Program-made: the position numbers and the translations under genes
Shown here: one piece after another, positions 53,477 through 61,339 of the stretch
Position numbering within the stretch: position 1 is the stretch's first letter
Layout: each line of letters begins with the position of its first letter
Assembly (NCBI GenBank): GCA_001793895.1
Contig: MGIT01000001.1
Span: forward strand, 106,508 to 170,507
Length of the DNA stretch: 64,000 bases
Reading direction: 5' to 3'
Source: Candidatus Wolfebacteria bacterium RIFOXYB1_FULL_54_12
Lineage (GTDB): Bacteria; Patescibacteriota; Minisyncoccia; UBA6257; UBA9933
Notes under the pieces: model-generated
What the model was told of the DNA's origin: nothing
What the model saw: only the letters and a program-made list of their open reading frames with translations
The model's database searches: none

Positions 53477-53938
53477 ATGTCCATAACAAAAACACAAAAA
53501 CAAATATTGGATATCTTTGAAAAAAATGGCGGGGCACTTCCTTCGTTTCGCGAAATAGCCCGTCAGATTGGAGTGTCGTCGACAAACACTGTCTCCTATC
53601 ATATAGAGCGCCTGCGAAAGAATGGCTACCTCGATATCGGACACTCCCCCCAAGGGATGGCAAACCTGTCACTTAAAACGATTCTTGCCTTGGATGCGAA
53701 GCCGGGAGTCTACGTGGTTCTCTGCGCGAACAAACCATTTTATATTGGGTCGTCCACGAACATCCGAAAGGACATTCTTGAAACGGTCATTGGCATAGAC
53801 CGGTCCCCGTTTCCACAGATCGTCGGCAAGCCGGAAGAACTGTCCATTGCCTACCACATCATCGAAAGCGAACCCGAACGGGCCGACCTCAAACAATACC
53901 TGCTCGAATTTTACCAAGCCAAGGGCATCGACATATGA
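53477..53938 (+). CDS. LexA-like winged-HTH DNA-binding domain fused to a GIY-YIG nuclease domain
   Basis: The N-terminus LTKTQKQILDIFEKNGGALPSFREIARQIGVSSTNTVSYHIERLRKNGYL resembles the LexA N-domain. The C-terminus carries GVYVVLCANKPFYIGSSTNIRKDI (GIY-YIG). Confidence 0.55.
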   Translation: MSITKTQKQILDIFEKNGGALPSFREIARQIGVSSTNTVSYHIERLRKNGYLDIGHSPQGMANLSLKTILALDAKPGVYVVLCANKPFYIGSSTNIRKDILETVIGIDRSPFPQIVGKPEELSIAYHIIESEPERADLKQYLLEFYQAKGIDI

Positions 53939-53980
53939 ACAATAAAACGGTCCGCCAACATGGCGGACCGTTTTATTGTT
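53939..53980 (+). terminator. rho-independent terminator (bidirectional palindrome)
   Basis: aacaataaaacggtccgcc-aacat-ggcggaccgttttattgtt, followed by ttttatt. Confidence 0.7.
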
Positions 53981-53984
53981 TTTA

Positions 53985-55064
53985 TTAATACAGGAACTTG
54001 CTCAAGAAATACAGAATCAGACCAAGCCCGGAGAAAATCGATGACAACAACCAGAAGCGCATCGTGATCTGGCTCTCGCTCCACCCCAACGCTTCGAAGT
54101 GATGGTGGATCGGAGCGGCGAGAAACACTTTTTTCCCGTGACGCAACTTTTTTGAGGTCAGCTGTATGATGACCGACAACGATTCGATAACGAGCACAAT
54201 GCCGATGATCGGAAGCAGTACGACCGAGTTGGTCAGGAACGCGATCACGGCAAGCACCGCCGTAAGCCCAAGGATGCCCGTCTCGCCCATATAAAACTTT
54301 GCGGGCGGTACATTGTACCACAGGTAGGTCAACATCGCCCCGACAATGATCACGATCAAGGTAACCAGGTCATACAATCCGCGCGAATATGCAATGACGC
54401 CAAAGGATATGAAGATGGGGGTCAACACGCCCGCCGACAATCCATCAAGTCCATCCACGACGCCGCTCGAAAACGTGGCGAGCATCGTCAACACGAACAG
54501 CACCATGTACAATCCGTCGATCTCGATATTGCCATGAAACGGAATGTAAATGCTGCTCCAGCCGAGCTTGAAATGAAACCACCACGCGCCCACGAATGCG
54601 ATCAGACAAACGATGGCCAATCGCCACTTAAAACGAAGGCCTCCGCTGATATAGTTTCCGCTGTTGCGTACCGTCATAATATCGTCGACCAACCCAAGTA
54701 GCGAGGCGGCGATCAACGTGAACAACGGAAGCCATGTCTGCGAACGGCTTAGAAAATTGACTTGTTCGGAAAGCGGGTATGGAAGCACCTGCACCAAAAT
54801 AAGATCGAGTATGGCGATCGCCAATACGGTTCCCCATATCAAAATGCCACCCATGCGCGGCGTGGTAACTTCTTTCTTTGCATGAAACTTCTGAAATATC
54901 GGCGTGGCATAACCGCCGATGGATAATTCCTTTGGCTTCTTTTTCCACGCCTTGTATTTATAAAGAAAATGGATCAGTACCGGGGCAAACAAAATGGCGA
55001 CAAGAAATGATGCCATAAAAAAACTGAGGAACTTTACGATAAGGAATGCGTGTGTCAGATACAT
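53985..55064 (-). CDS. mraY: phospho-N-acetylmuramoyl-pentapeptide transferase
   Basis: LVDDI, VVDGLDGLSAG, and PIHHHFEALGW. Confidence 0.85.
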   Translation of the reverse strand: MYLTHAFLIVKFLSFFMASFLVAILFAPVLIHFLYKYKAWKKKPKELSIGGYATPIFQKFHAKKEVTTPRMGGILIWGTVLAIAILDLILVQVLPYPLSEQVNFLSRSQTWLPLFTLIAASLLGLVDDIMTVRNSGNYISGGLRFKWRLAIVCLIAFVGAWWFHFKLGWSSIYIPFHGNIEIDGLYMVLFVLTMLATFSSGVVDGLDGLSAGVLTPIFISFGVIAYSRGLYDLVTLIVIIVGAMLTYLWYNVPPAKFYMGETGILGLTAVLAVIAFLTNSVVLLPIIGIVLVIESLSVIIQLTSKKLRHGKKVFLAAPIHHHFEALGWSESQITMRFWLLSSIFSGLGLILYFLSKFLY

Positions 55065-56008
55065 TTGAGCAGTGTTTTTGTTTCGCCAAATCGATCGGGG
55101 CTCCCCAGGACGATGATCGTGAACGGTTGGCCATTATGCGTAAATACGGAAAGCAGATTTCCATTTCCCTCAGCTTCGACGATGTAGCCTGTCTTTCCTC
55201 CAAGAAATGCAGCCTGTCCGGCAAAATCATTAATGGTGGTAATGACGCGCTTACGATTCGTATTCAGATCGACGATCGTCGCCTTGCGCTGGCTGGAGAT
55301 TTTCAAAATGTCCGGGTGGATCGCATGCAGATACCCCGCCAATTTATACAGATCGCTCGGAGTTGATTGGTTCAAAGGAGACAAGCCCGATGGGTCGACG
55401 TAATGCGTGCTCAGCATACGCAGCTCCTGTGCCTTTACGTTCATGCGCCGAATAAATGCGTCCCTGCCATATGACTGGGCAAACACCTCTGCGGCATCAT
55501 TACTTGAAGACAACAGCATGGCCGCAAGCAGGTCATCTCCCGCAAACGATTCCCCTGTTTTAAAACCGCCGGCATCTCCCTCGGTCTTGACCGCTGCTTC
55601 CGTAACGGTAAAATCCTGATCGTTCATGCCGAGATCGGTTGCAACGATGGCGGTCATCAACTTGGTGATCGATGCGATGGGCCATCGACCTTCCGCTTTC
55701 CGCTCAAAAAAAACTTCGTCACTATTAAGATAGCTCGCCAACCCTTCCCGCATGCCCACGCCAGCCCCGCACTGTTGATCCGAGTCTACCGCAGGAGGAG
55801 GCACAAAAGCACCCTGTGCGGCAAGCTCGGGAGCAACACCTTCGGTAACAATGATTGGCGACCAGTCGGACTCCGAATCGGAAATGCTATCTTTCACGAC
55901 GGCGGTTTGGTCGATAATGTAATGGTTTCCTTCTTCTCCCATTGCCTTGAACACCACTAACGAAAGTGATGCGAAAAGGATAAGGAGTATGATTCGGCTC
56001 TTTCTCAT
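55055..56008 (-). CDS. D-alanyl-D-alanine carboxypeptidase (S11, PBP5/DacA-like)
   Basis: SxxK (SITKLM), SxN (SSSND), KTG (GKTGYI), and an N-terminal signal/TM. Confidence 0.8.
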   Translation of the reverse strand: MRKSRIILLILFASLSLVVFKAMGEEGNHYIIDQTAVVKDSISDSESDWSPIIVTEGVAPELAAQGAFVPPPAVDSDQQCGAGVGMREGLASYLNSDEVFFERKAEGRWPIASITKLMTAIVATDLGMNDQDFTVTEAAVKTEGDAGGFKTGESFAGDDLLAAMLLSSSNDAAEVFAQSYGRDAFIRRMNVKAQELRMLSTHYVDPSGLSPLNQSTPSDLYKLAGYLHAIHPDILKISSQRKATIVDLNTNRKRVITTINDFAGQAAFLGGKTGYIVEAEGNGNLLSVFTHNGQPFTIIVLGSPDRFGETKTLLKCI

Positions 56009-56137
56009 GAAGATTATTTCGGTTCAGGGGAACAAAATGACGCACATTTCACGCTATATTCATTCTACCAAAAGTACCGGGGATAATCAAAAGGCCGCAA
56101 AAGTGGCCTTTTCTGAGTTCATAGACAAACAAACACG

Positions 56138-56773
56138 TTATGCTTCGACTTCCGAAGAGATGGCCTTATATTTTTGATAATCAGGGAGATCTTCGATGGA
56201 AGAAACGCCCAGATGCTTAAGCAGGTCGAAGCTGACACGATATGCGACGACATGCGGACTTTGCGGATCGGAGGTCTTTTCAACCAATCCACGCATCAAT
56301 AAATTGCGAACCGAATAAGAAGAATTGACTCCACGCAGATAATCCACCCGCGCACGGGAAATGGGCCCCAAATATGCGATCAACGAAAGTGTTTCAAGTG
56401 CGGCAGGCGTAAGCTTTTCTTCGAACTCATCCTTTACCAAATGCTCCACCATAGAAGCAAACGTCGGCTTGGTGGCCAACTGCACCCGCGATTCTTGACG
56501 CACAAGCATCAAGCCGCGTTCTGCGTGTTCCAAATGTCCGGCAAGCGTGGCAATCGCCTGTTCGACATCCTGCTTTTCCGCCTTAAGCACCGATGATATC
56601 TTTTTGACATCCAACGGATCTCCATGCACGAACAAAAGCGCCTCAAGGGCGGCGACAAGCCCTTCGGCAGGCTCAGGGTAGGACCGCTCGCTTTTGCTCG
56701 AGGCGGACGGATTGGACTGTTCGGGATCAATAGACATAAGATAATTTCCTCCTTTATGACGATTATAGTACAA
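56138..56773 (-). CDS. scpB: segregation and condensation protein B
   Basis: VAALEALLFVHGDPLDVKKIS...LETLSLIAYLGPISRARVDYLRGVNSSYSVRNLLMRGLV (tandem wHTH). Confidence 0.8.
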   Translation of the reverse strand: MYYNRHKGGNYLMSIDPEQSNPSASSKSERSYPEPAEGLVAALEALLFVHGDPLDVKKISSVLKAEKQDVEQAIATLAGHLEHAERGLMLVRQESRVQLATKPTFASMVEHLVKDEFEEKLTPAALETLSLIAYLGPISRARVDYLRGVNSSYSVRNLLMRGLVEKTSDPQSPHVVAYRVSFDLLKHLGVSSIEDLPDYQKYKAISSEVEA

Positions 56774-56804
56774 TTAACGCAAAGAAAAAAGACTTCTCTG
56801 CTCT

Positions 56805-57374
56805 ATGCACGCTCCGCTCACATCTGATTTTTTCAATAGGCCAACTCCCCTTGTCGCCGAAGCGCTCATAGGCAAATTTTTAATCCGTGAATACGACGGG
56901 CATCTTTGGACGCTCATGATAACCGAGGTCGAGGCATATGACGGCCCCGACGACAAGGCATCACATGCACACAAGGGACGCACACCACGTACCGAACCCA
57001 TGTTCGCCCATGCGGGTTCGCTCTATGTCTACCTCGTCTATGGCATGCACTGGATGCTGAACATCGTAACCGGCCCAAAAGATTATCCCGCCGCGATATT
57101 GATCCGGAGCGCACTCATCATGCTTCCGACCGGAGAAATTGAACACATTGACGGCCCGGCAAAACTCACAAAGTTTTTAAGAATAGGAAAGAAATATGAT
57201 GCACTTGAAGCAACGGAACAAAACGGCATTTGGTTCGAAGACCGGGGCATTACCATCCCGCCGGAGCATATCATCCGCAAAAAACGCATCGGCGTAGACT
57301 ATGCCGCAGAATGGAAAGATGCGCTCTACAACTTTAGCATTGCGGTCGTAAAGAATAGGCACCCCGCAGACTGA
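56805..57374 (+). CDS. mpg: DNA-3-methyladenine glycosylase (Mpg/AAG family)
   Basis: TEVEAYDGPDDKASHAHKGRTPRTEPMFAHAGSLYVYLVYGMHWMLNIV. Confidence 0.85.
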   Translation: MHAPLTSDFFNRPTPLVAEALIGKFLIREYDGHLWTLMITEVEAYDGPDDKASHAHKGRTPRTEPMFAHAGSLYVYLVYGMHWMLNIVTGPKDYPAAILIRSALIMLPTGEIEHIDGPAKLTKFLRIGKKYDALEATEQNGIWFEDRGITIPPEHIIRKKRIGVDYAAEWKDALYNFSIAVVKNRHPAD

Positions 57375-57383
57375 CCGCCACGA

Positions 57384-59093
57384 TCACGCAAACCGCCTTG
57401 CATCGCCAAGTGCATGCTCCTGTTCTCTCTGCTCCTTCTTAAGATCAGAGAATGTCTTTGCGGTCCAACGCTTTGTCTTTACTACGTCGGCTATCCAATT
57501 GCCGCCCAAAAGATGGGGCATCATGACATAATCGGCACCGGCCCGATACAGGATATCCATATCCGGATATTGCGCCGCATTGGCGACGATCAGGGTCGTT
57601 CCGCCCGATTTACGGATGTGGTTGATCAAGCTGATCTGGTCATCGGTTGATGGCAAGGTCATGACCAGAAGCTTGCCGTTCGCCAATGGAAGATCCTGCA
57701 CAAACTCAATATCGCCGATATCACCAAAAAAAGAAGGGATCTTTTGGCGCCGCAAATGCTTTATGGCGGACGGATCAAAATCCACTACTGCAAATTTCAC
57801 GCGCATATCCTGCAATGCTTCGCAGACCCTGCGCCCGATGCGATGATAGCCGACGACCCATGCGTCGTACATGACAGGAACTTGATTGTCCTGCCGATGC
57901 TTATCTTTTCCGAACAAATTAAATACCGGCAATAGGACGTTATAGATCCGCTCGCTGTAGGTAATAAGATAGGAAGAAATGAAGATGGTCGAAAGCGCCA
58001 CGATTGTAAAAATAGGCAGCTCCGTGCCGGAAAGATGCCCCATTTGTTCGCCCGTAAACAAAATGACAAATCCGAATTCACTGACCTGAGCGGCCGTCAC
58101 CCCTGCCAAAAAACTATTTCGCCGGGTAAACTTAAGGCTTCTAAAAAGCAGGTAGAGCACAAGTGGATTGCCGATCAAAATAAATAGGGAAAGAATTACG
58201 CCGGGGAACCAAATCGAAGCAACGCTTGCAAATGCCATTTTACTGCCCAATACCACAAAGAACAGTACAAGGAAAAAATCCCGCAACGGCTTGATGCGAC
58301 TCCCTATTTCCGGCTGATACGGCGACGATCCAAGCGAAAGGCCGGCGGCTATCGCCCCAAGCTCGACGGAAAATCCGGAAAGGTAAATGAGGCTCGAAAT
58401 GCCAAAACACCACGTGATCGTAAATATGAAAAGCAATTCGCTCGAATAGGATACCTTGTCCAATATTCTTGGCAGGAGATATTTTGAGGCAGCCACGACA
58501 AGGGTGATTATCAGGAAAATCTTTACGATAAGCATTCCCAATGAATCCATGATCGCTCCTTCATATTTTAAAATGCCTATTGCGACCAAAATGAGTACCG
58601 CAATGATATCTTGGACCAGCATGAGTCCGATCGTATATTTTCCATAAATGGTCTCCGTATCTTTTTTGTCCGTCAAAAACTTCATGATGATAATGGTGCT
58701 GGAAAATGTCATCGCCGCCGCCAAATAGATCGATGCCGTTACGGACATGCCCATTGCCAACAAAATAAGGGCGCCAATGACACCCGTAAATACGACTTGC
58801 CCCGCACCGGTAATAAAAGAGACTCTGCCGATGCTCTTTAGATGGTTGAAGTTCAGGTTGAGTCCGATGACAAAAAGTAGCAGCACCACGCCAAACTGGG
58901 CGAACACCTCATACAGATCCTTCCCGCCATGCAGCAGGTTAAAGAACATCGGCCCCGCTATGATGCCGGCTACGATATATGCAATGATCAACGGCTGTTT
59001 TAATAACCGCACCAAAAAAGCGATGGACACGGTCAGCGCAAGCAACGTGCTTAGTTGTAAGAAAATATTTCCTTCCATACCATTAAAACTCAC
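57384..59093 (-). CDS. monovalent cation:proton antiporter (CPA2/Kef-type) with a C-terminal RCK/TrkA-N domain
   Basis: 12-13 TM Na+/H+ exchanger domain, then a Rossmann segment (VVGYHRIGRRVCEAL). Confidence 0.8.
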   Translation of the reverse strand: MSFNGMEGNIFLQLSTLLALTVSIAFLVRLLKQPLIIAYIVAGIIAGPMFFNLLHGGKDLYEVFAQFGVVLLLFVIGLNLNFNHLKSIGRVSFITGAGQVVFTGVIGALILLAMGMSVTASIYLAAAMTFSSTIIIMKFLTDKKDTETIYGKYTIGLMLVQDIIAVLILVAIGILKYEGAIMDSLGMLIVKIFLIITLVVAASKYLLPRILDKVSYSSELLFIFTITWCFGISSLIYLSGFSVELGAIAAGLSLGSSPYQPEIGSRIKPLRDFFLVLFFVVLGSKMAFASVASIWFPGVILSLFILIGNPLVLYLLFRSLKFTRRNSFLAGVTAAQVSEFGFVILFTGEQMGHLSGTELPIFTIVALSTIFISSYLITYSERIYNVLLPVFNLFGKDKHRQDNQVPVMYDAWVVGYHRIGRRVCEALQDMRVKFAVVDFDPSAIKHLRRQKIPSFFGDIGDIEFVQDLPLANGKLLVMTLPSTDDQISLINHIRKSGGTTLIVANAAQYPDMDILYRAGADYVMMPHLLGGNWIADVVKTKRWTAKTFSDLKKEQREQEHALGDARRFA

Positions 59094-59154
59094 TCCATTC
59101 TATCATACCTAACACCCTTTTAAAAACAGGCTCGCACGTGCTTCAGGAGGATTC

Positions 59155-60123
59155 TTATCGGTAATATGCCCTGTTTTCCGACCGCAGATCGACATATCCG
59201 AGCTTGCTCCAACTGCCCGATCGTTTTATGGCCTCAATGGCACTCAGCGCAAAATCAGGGTCTGTGTGGAGCGAGAAATAAAGCGTGGGGTCCGAAACGG
59301 AATCGGCAGACGCCTCCTCGAGCGCAAGATCGCGAATGGATACTGTTTTCGTATTGATGTCGGCAGCTTCCAAAAGAGCAAAGATCTTGACCAAATTGAC
59401 GAACAGGCGATCGGAAAGTATCTTATCGCGCAATTCAAGCGCGCGCCCCGTAGAATCATGCACCCGATTGAACAACTCGCTTTGTACATGCGGCGCCTTG
59501 GCAAACAAAACGCCATCGCGATCAAACCAATAACATTCATCTGCATGGTCATTGGCGGCAATACCGCTATCGATCGCGGTCGCACCGCCATCATCCTCGA
59601 TCGGCTGAGTAACGCCCTCGCTTCCCGCTCCGCACCATACGCCAAATTTTTCACGCACATCAATGGTGATTCTTATCGCGCGACGTACGGGGTCCTTTTG
59701 CAAGCGCAATGTCTTGAATTGCGGATTCGCAGCAAGAAACTCCTCCATATCGGAACTCCACGCAAGCATGTTATCCGCTCCCAAAAATCGGAATGCCAAC
59801 GAATGCGCACGGGAAAACACTTCCATGTCGCGAAGCACCTGCTCGCCGTAAATAGCCGGTACACCGGAAACCTCCTTGGCACGAACCGTAAAAAGTCCCG
59901 ATTGCTTTACGGCAAGCAGCGCCAATCCGACCAATAACAAAAAAACAACACCGGCAACGGCGATGAAATATTTTTTACGTGCATCCCGTTTGTCGCGCTT
60001 TTTGCGCAGATCGGTAGGCCGCCGAATGTTCATACGATACAGTATAGCATGCATTGTTATTCCAGTGAACGCATGAATGACACGCTCACATGCTTCATGG
60101 TACAATAGAATCATATGGAACAT
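59155..60123 (-). CDS. FtsQ/DivIB-like cell division protein (single TM plus POTRA-like domain)
   Basis: Basic cytoplasmic N-terminus (RRPTDLRKKRDKRDARKK), TM (YFIAVAGVVFLLLVGLALLAV), and an extracytoplasmic domain. Confidence 0.45.
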   Translation of the reverse strand: MFHMILLYHEACERVIHAFTGITMHAILYRMNIRRPTDLRKKRDKRDARKKYFIAVAGVVFLLLVGLALLAVKQSGLFTVRAKEVSGVPAIYGEQVLRDMEVFSRAHSLAFRFLGADNMLAWSSDMEEFLAANPQFKTLRLQKDPVRRAIRITIDVREKFGVWCGAGSEGVTQPIEDDGGATAIDSGIAANDHADECYWFDRDGVLFAKAPHVQSELFNRVHDSTGRALELRDKILSDRLFVNLVKIFALLEAADINTKTVSIRDLALEEASADSVSDPTLYFSLHTDPDFALSAIEAIKRSGSWSKLGYVDLRSENRAYYR

Positions 60124-61170
60124 ACGGATAGCTTTGTATCGGTCGTCAGAAAGGCACTACCCGCCACGGTAACGATCGTCGTATCGAAAAAATTTGGTGA
60201 AATAGAAAAAGAGGCAACGGAACAGTACCCGGATATCCCGTTGTGGCTCAAGCGACGCGAGCTCGGATTTTTGAAGCAGCAAACGGATAAGCGCGGCATG
60301 TTGAAGGTCGGGAATGGATCGGGGTTCATCATCGATCCGTCGGGAATCGTGGTCAGTAATCGGCACATCGTAAGCGATGTGAAAAACGCCTACACCGTCA
60401 TCACCAATGACGGACAAAAATATCAGGCAAAAATACTTGCACGCGACCCGTTGAGTGATATCGCCATCTTGAAGATCGACAATGGGGCTACATTCCCCTT
60501 TCTCTCCTTGGGCGACTCGGCACACCTTGAGCTGGGCGAACCCGTCATAACCGTAGGCAATGCGCTTGGCATGTTCCAAAACACCGTTTCCAAAGGAATC
60601 ATTTCCGGCCTCTCCCGGGCGATCACTGCGCAAATAGACGCACGTTCCCCCATTCAAGAGATCCACGGACTCATTCAAACCGATGCGGCGATCAACCCGG
60701 GTAACTCGGGAGGTCCGCTGATAAACAGCGCCGGAAAGGTCATCGGCATCAACGTAGCCATCATACAAGGCGCGCAAAACATCGGTTTTGCATTACCGAT
60801 CAACACGCTCAAAAGGGATCTTATCGATCTACAGCACTATGGCCGCATTCGCCAACCGTTTCTCGGAGTGCACTACGTTACGGTCACGGAAAACATGCAA
60901 GATAAATTAAAACTCCCCGCCGATCATGGCGCGCTTGTAGTAAGTCCGAGCCCCTACATGAAGAGCGTCATCGATAAAAGCCCCGCGGCCATTGCCGGAC
61001 TCAAAGAACACGACCTAATCGTAGAGTGCAATAAGGAGCTGATCAGCGGCGAAAAACCACTCGGCGAGCTGCTCGAGAAATACGAGGTGGGAGACACCAT
61101 TCATCTCACGGTATTGCGCAAAAACCGCACGCTTTCCCTGTCCGCAAAATTGACGGAGAAAAATGGCTGA
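60115..61170 (+). CDS. htrA: HtrA/DegP-family serine protease with a PDZ domain
   Basis: GSGFIIDPSGIVVSNRHIV (His), GNSGGPL (Ser), and a C-terminal PDZ. Confidence 0.85.
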   Translation: MEHTDSFVSVVRKALPATVTIVVSKKFGEIEKEATEQYPDIPLWLKRRELGFLKQQTDKRGMLKVGNGSGFIIDPSGIVVSNRHIVSDVKNAYTVITNDGQKYQAKILARDPLSDIAILKIDNGATFPFLSLGDSAHLELGEPVITVGNALGMFQNTVSKGIISGLSRAITAQIDARSPIQEIHGLIQTDAAINPGNSGGPLINSAGKVIGINVAIIQGAQNIGFALPINTLKRDLIDLQHYGRIRQPFLGVHYVTVTENMQDKLKLPADHGALVVSPSPYMKSVIDKSPAAIAGLKEHDLIVECNKELISGEKPLGELLEKYEVGDTIHLTVLRKNRTLSLSAKLTEKNG

Positions 61171-61215
61171 CGCAAAAAACAGCGACGAGAGTCGCTGTTT
61201 TTTTATGCAAAGGCG

Positions 61216-61339
61216 ATCATTCAAACAATCCCCGCACCACAGGGACGACGCCCGCAAGCTCGGCGAAATGCCGGACAACATACAGCGCGACACCCGCAAT
61301 GATGATCCACGCGATGATCGTACCAAGATATTTCGTCAT
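61216..61339 (-). CDS. candidate 40 aa single-TM micro-protein translationally coupled (ATGA overlap) to the leuS stop
   Basis: MTKYLGTIIAWIIIAGVALYVVRHFAELAGVVPVVRGLFE. It is below the ORF-track length cutoff. Confidence 0.3.
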
